Shown one piece after another: positions 1 to 12,622 of a stretch of DNA of 64,000 bases. How positions within the stretch are numbered: the first letter of the stretch is position 1; each line of letters starts with the position of its first letter. The DNA is from Eledone cirrhosa (lineage: Eukaryota), in assembly GCA_964016885.1 (NCBI GenBank), contig OZ024740.1, positions 180,296,001 through 180,360,000 of the forward strand, read 5' to 3'. Made by a program: the position numbers and the translations under genes. Below the pieces are notes generated by a model. That model saw only the letters and a program-made list of their open reading frames with translations, ran no database searches and had not been told where the DNA came from.

Positions 1-187
1 CAGTTTAGTCGCCAACGACCCGACCATGAGACAGATTGTACTGGGATACATGTTACCAGTAGCACTAACTGGTGACCTGACATAATATATATATATATAT
101 ATAATATAAGATCAAAAGATGGTTAACAGAGTTCCAATTATTTTATTTCACAAACAAATATCATCATGGAATGATATCTGCGTTTTC

Positions 188-289
<102 letters not shown>

Positions 290-351
290 ATATATATGAA
301 AAACGTAAAATAAGAAAATTATCTTAGGTCAGAATTATCTTAGTTGAGAAT

Positions 352-436
352 CACTCCCTGATGACGAAAAGGTTTCTCCATGACCTCCATTTGGAGACTA
401 TGTATATTCCCTTTCAGAATCTAATTAGTTGGAGTG
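352..436 (+). ncRNA. Type I hammerhead ribozyme motif (copy 1 of tandem pair, GAAT variant)
   Basis: CACTCC-CTGATGA(358)-GAAAAGG...CCTTTC-A-GAAT-CTAATTAG-TT-GGAGTG. Stem I is CACTCC/GGAGTG and stem III is palindromic. Confidence 0.7.
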
Positions 437-489
437 CAATTTAAGTAAGGAAGCTAATTACTATAATTCAGGTATCTTAGCTGAGAATG

Positions 490-572
490 ACTCTCTGATG
501 ACAAACAGTTTTCTCCATGATCTCCATTTGGAGACTATGTATATTCCCTTTCAGAAACTAATTAGTTGGAGT
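490..572 (+). ncRNA. Type I hammerhead ribozyme motif (copy 2 of tandem pair)
   Basis: ACTCT-CTGATGA(495)...GAAA(554)-CTAATTAG-TT-GGAGT. Stem II is weakened by substitutions. Confidence 0.7.
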
Positions 573-737
573 GACATTTAAGTAAGTAAGCTAATTACTA
601 TAATTTTCTTATTTTACGTTCTTTATATAATTGTTCTGCACCCCCTTGCATTGAACCACAAAGTTACTAAGACAAAACCTATATATTTGGTTGCATAGCT
701 ATACATGTGTATATATATGTTGGTAGATATACTAATT

Positions 738-806
<69 letters not shown>

Positions 807-836
807 CATGTATATGTATATATGTATATGTATATA

Positions 837-944
<108 letters not shown>

Positions 945-1085
945 CGACCGTATAGCACGGTGTGCATGTGCATAAAGACGCGCCGTGTTATATTTTGACT
1001 ATTTTATTACCTCTATGTTCGAGAACAGAGCCGTTATATGTAATAGAAACCAAAGAACGATTACATACTCTAACTCTCTTTATTT

Positions 1086-1131
1086 GCTTACAATTTTTCA
1101 TCCTTACCGTTCGGTAGGATTCATTAGAGCT
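1086..1131 (-). ncRNA. Degenerate hammerhead motif (CAATTG family)
   Basis: Minus strand: GCT-CTAATGA-ATCCTACCG aa CGGTAAGGAT-GAAA-AATTG-TA-AGC. G5>A in the core. Related to 31430-31478. Confidence 0.55.
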
Positions 1132-2837
1132 TAATAAACACACTGCTGAGTATAAGCTCAACCGTCCTTAGTCACACGAACAATCGGAATACAATAGAGG
1201 GTAAAGATAGGTAGATCGGAGATGACGAATAATGAGAGAGTACATGCTGGGGTTGTTAAGCACCACAGCTAAATGCTAGGGCACAAGCAGATCTTACAAG
1301 TTGCATATAGAATTGATGGCACACAAAAGCATAAAATACAAACAATGGTTAAAACATAATAACAAATGTAAAAGGAAGATAATATAAAGAGATAAATAGT
1401 AAATAAAAAGGTAAAACACTTTGAAAAATATTTTTAAAAGGAAAGAAGTGAAAAAAGAAAGAAGAAAAAAGAAGAAAGAGAGAGTTTTTAGCACATAAAA
1501 AAGCCAGAGAAATTTAAGCGCTGGTCCCTATAAAACAAGTGAATAGGATCTCCGTAACTTATAGTTATATAAGCACTAATATGTACTTAAGGTACATCCA
1601 GAACGACCACAATAATTAAAATCCTCGCCACTTGAAATCTGAAATACCTACATACTTTAAACCTTTTAGTTAATTTAAAAGTTTAGATATGTTGTACGGA
1701 GATTTTGTTTACATTTATCGTGTATAATTTTTCATTTTATCCAAATTGATTAATTATCTGTATTTAACTTGACCTATATTATTGAATACAATAAGATTTG
1801 GTTAAATCGAAATAATAATACTTTCAAGAGTAAATATAACTAATAATTAATCCTATATGTAATTGACAACTATTGATTTAAATAGTATTCTTTATAATAT
1901 TTATAATTCTAAACATTATATAAAATGCATATACAGATGCTGATATGCAATTGAGTTATGATAAATACTCTCATGATTATTTACTATATTTATAAATATT
2001 TATAAACATCATTGATACTTAATAATATTTCAAACTTTGAATTTTGTAACTAAATATTGAATATATTTATTAATTTAACTATGCTCCTGATTATCATTGA
2101 AAAATATGTTATGTTGTTTAATTTAGATATAATATAATATTATAATTTGCTTAAATATAACCAAATACAATGGATTAAAAATTCACGGTATATAATTGAT
2201 CGGTTCTACCTGACTTAATATTTGAAAAAAAAACGTTCACGTATCATGTCCCTTTCTTCTTTCTGTCTTTCTTTTTTATCTCTTTTCCTTATGCAGTTAT
2301 ATATTCTATCATCTCTATCTCCCTCTCCCTTCTTTTTATCTTAATCTTTTTATCTTTTTCCCTTTTCTCTTCTATTTAGCACACTCTCTCTCTTTTGTCT
2401 TTTTCTCTAACACAGATATTTACATATTTAAATATTTAACATTTATATACTTATGTGTTTATTTATTTATTTATTTATTTATTCTATACTTTCTCCTACT
2501 CAGCCACTCCTAATACTTATATCTCGCTACTTATCCCTCTCCATCATATTTAGTTCGTTACACTTTTACTTGTGGTATATAAATATTGAGTTTTGTTGTA
2601 ATAAATCACTGCCAAGACTGGAATTGAACCATCAGCACAGTTGAGGTATGTCATGCATCAATTTATGTATTTTATTTGATGGGGACGTACTGAAAAAACA
2701 ACACAGTACCTCCGAAATATATATAGTAAAACATATATTTTGATTATGTGAACGTATCCATTTATTACTATTTTGAATAATATTATATATATATATATAT
2801 TTATTTAATTATTTTTGTGTGTGTGTGTCAATGTGTT

Positions 2838-2898
<61 letters not shown>

Positions 2899-3232
2899 TG
2901 TAAAGAATCGAGTCCCAACGGCTGTGCTCTTGCGGTTTCAACAGATAATTCCAGATTATTTGCTGGCTGTATCCTCAGGGGTATGATTTGTCCAAATATC
3001 GGTATACATTATTTATCTGACTTTGAATTCTCTTTATAACAGTGTTAAGTTTTATTATATAGTGTTACGAGTGATTGTGTGTGTACTTATCAAGCTTCGT
3101 GAGTGTCTACCCTATGTTCACTACAATACTTTTGATTCCAGATCGATACAGATCGAATCTTGAGCTGATCAATAGTGAAACGCACATCACCAATCAATAA
3201 CGTAATGAAGGCTTAACAAATCGTCCTTGTAT

Positions 3233-3289
<57 letters not shown>

Positions 3290-3605
3290 GAGGTTATATT
3301 TAATTTGTTGGGATACAACAACAAAAATATTTTTATAACTGATATAATGCACTCAACAAATTATTGGAGTAAATATACAATATATTAACAAATGGAAACT
3401 ATATTTATAAAACCATATTTATTTCATTATACATAGTTCCAACCAGAATAGTTGCATTTTTTCAGGGTATCTCAATATTTATTTATAAAACTAACCTACA
3501 TTATATTTTATTTGATGAAAGCGCACCATAGTTTGCCTTGGTGGCCCTTGAAATATGTATAATGAAATAAATATGGTTTTATAAATATAGTTTTCATTTG
3601 TTAAT
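3290..3605. mobile_element. Inverted pair of PLE pLTR-end fragments with HHR motif at 3504-3569 (+)
   Basis: 3390-3435 is the reverse complement of 3558-3605. Same family as 22915-23112 and 24385-24610. HHR: TATTTTAT-TTGATGA-AAG..GCACCA/TGGTG..CTT-GAAA-TATGTA-TA-ATGAAATA. Confidence 0.65.
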
Positions 3606-3636
3606 ATATTGTATATATATATATATATATATACAC

Positions 3637-3666
<30 letters not shown>

Positions 3667-3667
<1 letters not shown>

Positions 3668-4229
3668 ATAGCAGTGGTACCCGGCGTTGCATGGGATAAG
3701 GCATTTTGAAATATATAACCGCCTTAGCTATTTGAGACAACCACGGCTGGCAAAGAAGTAAGGGTCTGGTGGTACGTAAGTAAGCAACACTGTGGCTTAA
3801 AACGTGAGGAAGAAGTTGTGTGCACTTACCAACTGTTTGGGGAATGAGTGTGAGATTTGTCTTGAGCAAGGTTGGCTGAATAACCGGAGGCAGCAGACAG
3901 CCAGATATACAGACAGATATTATAAGGGCGCGTTCTGGACGCAGAGTGAATTGTAGGAACTGACGTAATTCAGACAGCCAGACATACAGAGATATATTAT
4001 AAAGGCGTGACGTTATATTATGTATCTATCAAAAAAGAGAAAGACTAAGAATTATAGAGAGAGATCGCTTAATCGCCTAATCCGGTCCCTAGGGCATTGA
4101 AAATTTGAAATTGGTTTTGCTCAGAGCACTCCCTGTAACATAGGTATTGCATGTGTAAAGGTTGAAAACAGTCGGTTGGATGCTTCTCTAATTTTAAGGA
4201 TTCAAACACACGCAGACAGACAACCTCAG

Positions 4230-4240
<11 letters not shown>
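3667..4240 (-). mobile_element. Non-autonomous Helitron-like element
   Basis: Minus-strand 3' end CCCATGCAACGCCGGGTACCACTGCTAT resembles the Helitron end at 17680-17705. 5' end is TATATAACTGAGGTTGTCTGTCTG. The interior is shared with 34070-34510. Confidence 0.6.
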
Positions 4241-4277
<37 letters not shown>

Positions 4278-5422
4278 CTGTGTCTGTGTGTGTGTGTGTG
4301 TGTGTGTATGAATGTGTGCGTGTGTGCATATGTCTATATGTGTGCGTGTGTGTGAGTGTGTATGCATGTGTGTCCTTGTGGTTCTGTGTGTTTGCCTATT
4401 ACTATATGGTTATTTCTTTAATAATGTGAAAATCATGAACGGTTGTTCAGTATTATATAGATATAATATATATATCAGTTTTCTTTATTTTTCTCTCATT
4501 AGTCTAATATGAAAGCTCGTAATATACTTAACAAAGGCTACTCGGAAAACACTTTGCTTATGTATCTATTATTGAAAACATATTTACGGAAGTGTGTAGC
4601 TTCTCCGTCTCCGTTTGAATTTGGAAATTTCATTAGCGATCTTATTTTTTTTTTTTTTCAGATTAGAGTAATCAATTAGTTAGTTTGTAATACACATACT
4701 TGTACATACTTATATAGATACACCTATATAGAAAGATATATATTATTGCGTGAATGAGTATGTGGATTTGTGTGTGCTAATGTGTGAGCATGACATCTGC
4801 TCGTTTTATGATTAGGTATAATGCAGTACATGTTACATTTAATGAAGTTTGATTATATGTTCATTTGTTTTTTTGGTACAATTGCATTTTTTAAATATAA
4901 CCTACTTTATGTGTGCTTTGTTTAGAGATATTAATTACTGTTTTATTAATTATTTTCGTAATTATAATGTAATTTGATTCTGTAGTGATGTATGAATTGG
5001 AATATAAAATTATTCGATTATCTGTAATTAACCAGTGTTAATTCCATACTATTAAGTTTTAAAAGAATTGTGTGTGTTTGCTTGTGTGTTTCTGTAAAAA
5101 ACAACACCTATAAATCAATTTAATATAAAGTACAGTTTCAAAAGGTATTATTTTAGTAATTGTTAATGAAATTACGACTGTTTCTATCTAACACGCAAAG
5201 ATTATTGCCTCACCTCCAACTCCATGGCGGATCAAGCGGAACCTAATGCAAATTCGTCCTTTGTCATCTATGCTAACTTGTATCATGCTCTCCTTTTCAT
5301 CTTCACAAATTTAACCGTTAATTAGAAAACACCTTCCCACATACATGATGACCCTCAGAGTAGAGAGATATACTACGAAAAATCAGATATTTTAAAGCTG
5401 AAAAATAAAAATAGCTATTCTC

Positions 5423-6752
5423 TCTATATATCTAAATTATAAAGCTGACGACCGTATGTAGGTAACAAACTTTCCGCCAAACGGCTGGAGGAAACAGCAC
5501 CAACTTTGCACCATATATGTGACATTTTCCAAGTAAAAAAGTGAGGGTATTTTTGTCTACTGAATTTTGTTAAAAGATTAAAGACATTATTTTAATATTC
5601 ACTTCTTTAACATTTCAAATGTTAACATTTCCGTCATTTTTTCACTTTTTCGTCACACAACATTCTTCTCTTTTTCTTAGTCTGTATGTTTGGCTGTCTG
5701 CATTAGATAACGTTTTTCGAAATATTTACTTCTGCATTCACAGACTGATTTTTTTTTTTCAGAAGACCCAGTTAAGTGTGAAAGCAGCGATTCTTTGCTG
5801 AAACTTTAATCTGTTATTTTAATATATATATTCGCGTACAGATCAGTTTGCATACACAAAAACAAAAACCTATTTATTTCACGAAAGCATAGACGGCTTA
5901 TCATCATTGTTACTGTTGGGGGTTAGAGGACCACATTCTTTCCACATTCTTTCCAGGTGCGTGGTATGTTACACGATGACAGCCATTGGCACCTCACCCT
6001 GCAAGAAGCAGCAAGTGCTAAAGTCCCTTCTCATCTGCGAAAACCTTTTGCTATTATGCTGCACAACTGCGGTCTCGCCAACCCTCTCGCAATATGGATC
6101 TAGCACCGTGAAAGTCTAGCTGAGGACATCCTCCAGCGCACACACAGACACAATCTAAACGTAACATACGATGTCGTTTACAACGAGTCGCACATTTGTC
6201 TTGAAAACAGTGTCCTGGAGATTGGTGGTAGGCCTCTAAGTCACTACAGCTTACCTGCTCCTGACAGGAGTGTCCCGAGGTCAACGTCTACAGAGCTTCT
6301 CCGCGAGACGACCTACGAAATCAGTGATTCTCCCATGGTCAATTGTATGTAGGATACTCTAGTGTTAGCTCGCTAAACAATCTCTTCATCTTTGCTCTGG
6401 AGGGCCGAACAAAACATATTATATACTCCGAGCCTCTAACAATGTATTTTAAATATTTTCTGTTACTTGAAATTTCCATTATGGTCGTACAATTTATTGT
6501 TTGTTAAAAAAATGTGTTCTCTGTTCAGCCTTTATTGTTGTAACTATCAATTTTCTTTAACGTACTGGCTGCTGAACTGGGGAATCCTAAAAACTATTCA
6601 AACCCAACATCAAGGCCCGTTACCCCCCCCCCCCCCCCTCCTCTCTGACTTGAGAGGTCGTGCGGTATCTTTGCACTAGAGTGTAAGGGGGATTCCTGAG
6701 AAGAAAAAATGTCGGTAAACATAGCCGGGCGCCAGCCGGACGAACCAGGTAG
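5423..6752 (+). mobile_element. Internally deleted Helitron with RepHel remnants
   Basis: 5' TCTATATATCTAAATTATAAAGCTG. ~5960-6135 translates RGMLHDDSHWHLTLQEAAS..PSHLRKPFAIMLHNCGLANPLAIWI*HRESLAEDIL. ~6328-6440 translates FSHGQLYVGYSSV..LFIFALEGRTKHIIYSEPL (Pif1 helicase C-terminus). 3' GC hairpin CCGGGCGCCAGCCGG followed by GTAG|T. Confidence 0.85.
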
Positions 6753-6890
6753 TCTATATTAAAAACGAGTTTTCTTAATGATATGTGTGTATACACACAG
6801 ACACACAGACGCACTGACACACGCACACACGTACACTCACGCAGAGACACACACACATATAAACACACAAACGCACACATACACACACAT

Positions 6891-6970
<80 letters not shown>

Positions 6971-7440
6971 ATAATAATAAAGTTGCATGACAAGTAATTA
7001 ACAGTTATCTGTTGCATGAACATGGAAAAGACACTGAGAGTTATAGGTAAAGGTCAGATGGATGTGGAAGAAGACACTATGATGATTAATTAAGGAAATT
7101 GATCCATAATTAAAAATAAATAACCCAGATAATAGGCTATAACTTGAAACCAAATTTTTATTCTCTCATCACCAGAAATTAGCAGATGAAACTGTCTCAG
7201 CATTCTAAATTTAGTAACTTTAGCAAGTAGTCTCTAATTTGTTTCTTAAATTAATTTATTTCTATTTATATTAAATATGTATTTGTAATAAATTATTTCT
7301 ATATGTATGTGTTCAATTATATATTGTTATTCCTACGTTTACATCCCAATTCGAGCAAATTGCATCTGCGAAGATAATCCAAAGTATCATGTACTCAGTT
7401 GAGATGTACTCAGTTGAGATGTATAAGGAAGAGCGAGATC

Positions 7441-8778
7441 ATTCCCATTATGCCAAACTCATGACTTCCAAATATCTGATTCACCGAAACTCAGCTGTTT
7501 CGGACCATACCAAAATCAACATACTGATTGCGGATTTGGTACGGGCGATGAGAAACGTATACCGCATGTGCAACCCCAAAGAACTAGAGAGACACATACA
7601 ACACTTCATCCACCGTATGCAGTTCTCTGATTACAATCAGAGACATAGAATCAGAGTATATAGAGGAGCCAGAACCAAATGGGAAAAAATGGTAAATAAT
7701 GACATAAATGGGACCTGCCCCTTGTATAGGAGCGAATTTTGGAATAGAATAGAAAGAACTAGGAATAGGCTAATAGAATAAACTCATGGTATGATAGCAA
7801 TAATTACCAGAGTGTAATTTTCATCGACACAACCCCTAGAGGTGAATTAGCTTACACATTTAGAAGGGCCCTAGATAAACATAAACTCAATATTAAGATA
7901 GTAGAAATACCAGGTACCCCCATAAAAACACTTATTAGCAATGCATACCCTTTTCAAAGACCTCCCTGTATAGATAGGAAATGTATAATCTGTAAATTAA
8001 GCCGCCATATCAAGAAATGTAGGATATAGCATAAGATGTACTGAAGGACAATGTAGAGATAAAAATATAGTGTACATAGGTGAGACAGCTCGTAGTATAG
8101 GGGAACGGATAAATGAACACTGGTGAGACCTTCAAGATAGTAAAGAATCATCTGTACTCTACCAACATGCTAAAATAGAACATAAGGGTAAATTATAGAA
8201 CATAGAAATAAAAATAGAATCTACACACAGAAAAGACGCAATATTTAGACAAATCACAGAGGCAATAAACATAAATGAACTCCAACCAAAATTAAATATA
8301 AAACATCAAAGGAACAGCAACATCGCAACTTACAATTAAGGACAAAATGAAAACACACACGCACATAGAACAAACAACCAACCAGTAACATGTAAATAAA
8401 CAAATAAATAAACGAATATAAACACACACAGACACCCGGATGTAACACATGCGCAAACTAAGCACACAACAGACACACAAAAACAAGATGGCGTAGGACA
8501 GAACAAAGGAGAGTCACAAAAACAAAGAAAAGAATCCCCAGTCACTGAAGAGGTCACAGAATGTGTGACGAATGAACTTTGACTATATATAAACAATCAT
8601 CTGGTTGTGGAACCTACCAACCAACCGGAAATTTATAAATTTATTATAATAAATTGAAGTGAAATCAACTGGTGCGAGTGTTTCTTATTGGGAACATGGT
8701 CCTCCCAAAGTATAACAATATCGATTTCAACACACGTTTTCAGATAAAGAATCTTGCTAAACAAATTAAGAAACGATA
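7441..8778 (+). mobile_element. 5'-truncated Penelope-like element (RT thumb, GIY-YIG, pLTR); same family as 27330-29950
   Basis: Colinear with 28585-29950. HYAKLMTSKYLIHRNSA and VYIGETARSIGERINEHW with frameshifts and stops. HHR motif at 8540-8584. Confidence 0.92.
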
Positions 8779-8782
8779 TATA

Positions 8783-9117
8783 TAATATAAAACAAAAAAT
8801 CAGTGACGCATCTGAACTCAATTTATTGTGTGTTACAATTTTTCACCGGCAGACAGCTCGATACACGATTATTGTATGGGTCTGTCTGTTTCTGGACCTG
8901 CAGGTTAGCGGACACTTGCAATAATTTCGGATCAAACGCTAACACCCCAGTGAGAAAATTTGATCCGAAATTATTGCAAGTGTCCGGCGAACGTGCAGGT
9001 CCAGAATCAGACAGATCCATACAATGATCGTGTCTCGAAATGTCTGCCGGCGAAACAATTATAACACACAATACATTGAGTTCAGATGCATCACTGATTT
9101 TACGTTTTATATTATAT
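8783..9117. repeat. Imperfect fold-back palindrome (~155-bp arms) with a degenerate HHR motif in each arm
   Basis: GGACACTTGCAATAATTTCGGATCAAA / TTTGATCCGAAATTATTGCAAGTGTCC around a ~22-nt spacer. Right arm: GTGT-CCGGCGA...GAAA-CAATTA-TA-ACAC (8980-9067). Confidence 0.8.
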
Positions 9118-9228
9118 CACACTCTGCTCTGTAAGAACATAGAGTGCTCAACCAGCATACCGCCTATAGAATCATCATAGCTACCATCAGACTCACACAG
9201 ACACACACACCCACACACCCACACACGC

Positions 9229-10212
<984 letters not shown>

Positions 10213-10224
10213 TATATATATATA

Positions 10225-12326
10225 TATTGTTATACTTGGGGAGGGTCATATTTGCGTAATATTAACAGAATTAATAACAGAACACACTCACTGTTTGGTT
10301 GGTTTTCGCTTCTCGCTGTCTTTTATATCTGCGATCTAACTTACTCGGTCCTCAATGTTGCCATTGACTGACCGACGGTCAAAAATAATACAGATACAAT
10401 ATAGACACAAACACATATATATAGTTTACATAATTTACATAAATTTTTCGTTGCACATCTGCAACATCGTCAGTGGTGTTATATTTTTTTCCTCCTGTTG
10501 TGTTGTATGTCTACGCCATTTTTTATTCAGTCTGTCTATATATTTATTTATTTATTTGCTTGTTTGTTTATTTTATTTTGTCTTTGCGCATGCGTTTGCG
10601 TGTGTGTATAGTGTTATGTGTGCTGTGTGACTAGTGTGTATAGTGTTGTGTCTGTTGGGTGACTAGTGTGTGTTTATGTGCTTGTTGTTATTGTGCTTGT
10701 GTATGTATTTATTTATCTTATTTTATTTTATTTTATTTACTTATTTATACTTCTCTTAGGTCAGTGTTGTTTGTTTGGGTGTTGTTGTTGTTCCACTCAT
10801 TCTTTCTGTTTAGCTTTGGTCTTCTAATTTCTATTTCACTGGCCTCTCTTATTTGCCTATCTGCTGGGTCATTCCTATGTTTAGATATTATTCTAATTTC
10901 TATGTTGTCTATGTTACCGTCATGTTGTTGTCGAGCATGTTCGTATAGTACTGACCCGTTTGTTCGTCCTTTTAGTTCCCCCCCCCCCCCCCCAGTGTTG
11001 GTCTATCTTCTCACCTATGCTACAAGCTGTCTCACCTATGTATGTAGTTGTCATGTTTCTGCAAGTACCCTCTGTACATCTTATGCTATAGCATAAGATG
11101 TACATGAATTGATAACAGAATTAATAACAGAACACACCAGAATTAATAACAGAACACACTCACTGGTTGGTTGGTTTTCGCTTCTCGCTGTCTTTTATAT
11201 CTGCGATCTAACTTACTCGGTCCTCAATGTTGCCATTGACTGACCGACGGTCAAAAATAATACAGATACAATATAGACACAAACACATATATATAGTTTA
11301 CATAATTTACATAAACCTTTCGTTGCACATCTGCAACATCGTCAGTGGTGTTATATTTTTTTCCTCCTCTTGTGTTGTATGTCTACGCTATTTTTTATTC
11401 GGTCTGTCTATATATTTATTTATTTATTTGCTTGTTTGTTTATTTTATTTTGTCTTCTTTGCGCATGCGTTTGCGTGTGTGTATAGTGTTATGTGTGTTG
11501 TGTGACTAGTGTGTATAGTGTTGTGTTTGTTGGGTGACTAGTGTGTGTTTATGTGCTTGTTGTTATTGTGCTTGTTTATGTATTTATTTATCTTATTATC
11601 AACATAGAAATTAGAATAATATCTAAACATAGGAATGACCCAGCAGATAGGCAAATCAGAGAGGCCAGTGAAATAGAAATTAGAAGACCAAAGCTAAACA
11701 GAAAGAATGAGTGGAACAACAACAACACCCAAACAAACAACACTGACCTAAGAGAAGTATAAATAAGTAAATAAAATAAAATAAAATAAGATAAATAAAT
11801 ACATAAACAAGCACAATAACAACAAGCACATAAACACACACTAGTCACCCAACAGACACAACACTATACACACTAGTCACACAGCACACATAACACTATA
11901 CACACACGCAAACGCATGCGCAAAGAAGACAAAATAAAATAAACAAACAAGCAAATAAATAAATAAATATATAGACAGACTGAATAAAAAATGGCGTAGA
12001 CATACAACACAACAGGAGGAAAAAAATATAACACCACTGACGATGTTGCAGATGTGCAACGAAAGATTTATGTAAATTATGTAAACTATATATATGTGTT
12101 TGTGTCTATATTGTATCTGTATTATTTTTGACCGTCGGTCAGTCAATGGCAACATTGAGGACCGAGTAAGTTAGATCGCAGATATAAAAGACAGCGAGAA
12201 GCGAAAACCAACCAAACAGTGAGTGTGTTCTGTTATTAATTCTGGCAATATTACGCAAATATGACCCTCCCCAAGTATAACAATATCTGTTTCGACACAC
12301 GATTTCATATAAAAAACCTCGCTAAA

Positions 12327-12330
<4 letters not shown>
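10225..12330. mobile_element. Three PLE 3' ends/pLTRs: two on minus (10225-11105, 11110-11592), one inverted on plus (11598-12330)
   Basis: ORF 10920-11105(-) reads CYSIRCTEGTCRNMTTTYIGETACSIGEKIDQH (GIY-YIG). Near-identical pLTR copies. HHR motif CTGACGA-T-GTTGCA gatg TGCAAC-GAAA at 12037-12064(+), ~11316-11345(-), ~10445-10474(-). Confidence 0.88.
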
Positions 12331-12418
<88 letters not shown>

Positions 12419-12575
12419 TAAGCAAGATGTATGGTAGGTCGTACGTAAATCGCGATGATCACGCCTGACCTACCAAATATGCGACGGTAGCTAGTTAAGC
12501 TCTATGCGTATAAGCAGAGCAAAATTATTAATGAAAAAGAACAAAGGAACTATTATGACATTATAACAAGTTTAT

Positions 12576-12622
12576 TGCCGACACCCGTTTCGTCCGACCA
12601 TATTGTGGGACTTTTCAAGGCA
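12576..12622 (-). ncRNA. Hammerhead ribozyme with compensatory U3-A8 core
   Basis: Minus strand: TGCC-TTGAAAA-GTCC cacaatatggtc GGAC-GAAA-C gggt G-TC-GGCA. Stems I and II are intact, with a GUC cleavage triplet. Confidence 0.7.

Larger units (their letters stand above)
301..740 (+). mobile_element. PLE terminal-repeat (pLTR)-like fragment containing a 137-bp tandem duplication
   Basis: ~335-470 is repeated at ~472-607. The same sequence family recurs at ~43280-43480 and ~43735-43975. Flanked by (TA)n on both sides. Each unit carries an HHR motif. Confidence 0.65.

Noticed and set aside
1640-2230. Possible highly decayed PLE endonuclease upstream of a CT-rich tract and a degenerate HHR (2670-2731)
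   Set aside because: The layout is suggestive but no continuous motif could be translated.
2605-2645. B-box-like GGTTCAATTCC on minus strand (tRNA gene?)
   Set aside because: No A box or cloverleaf; at most a SINE remnant.
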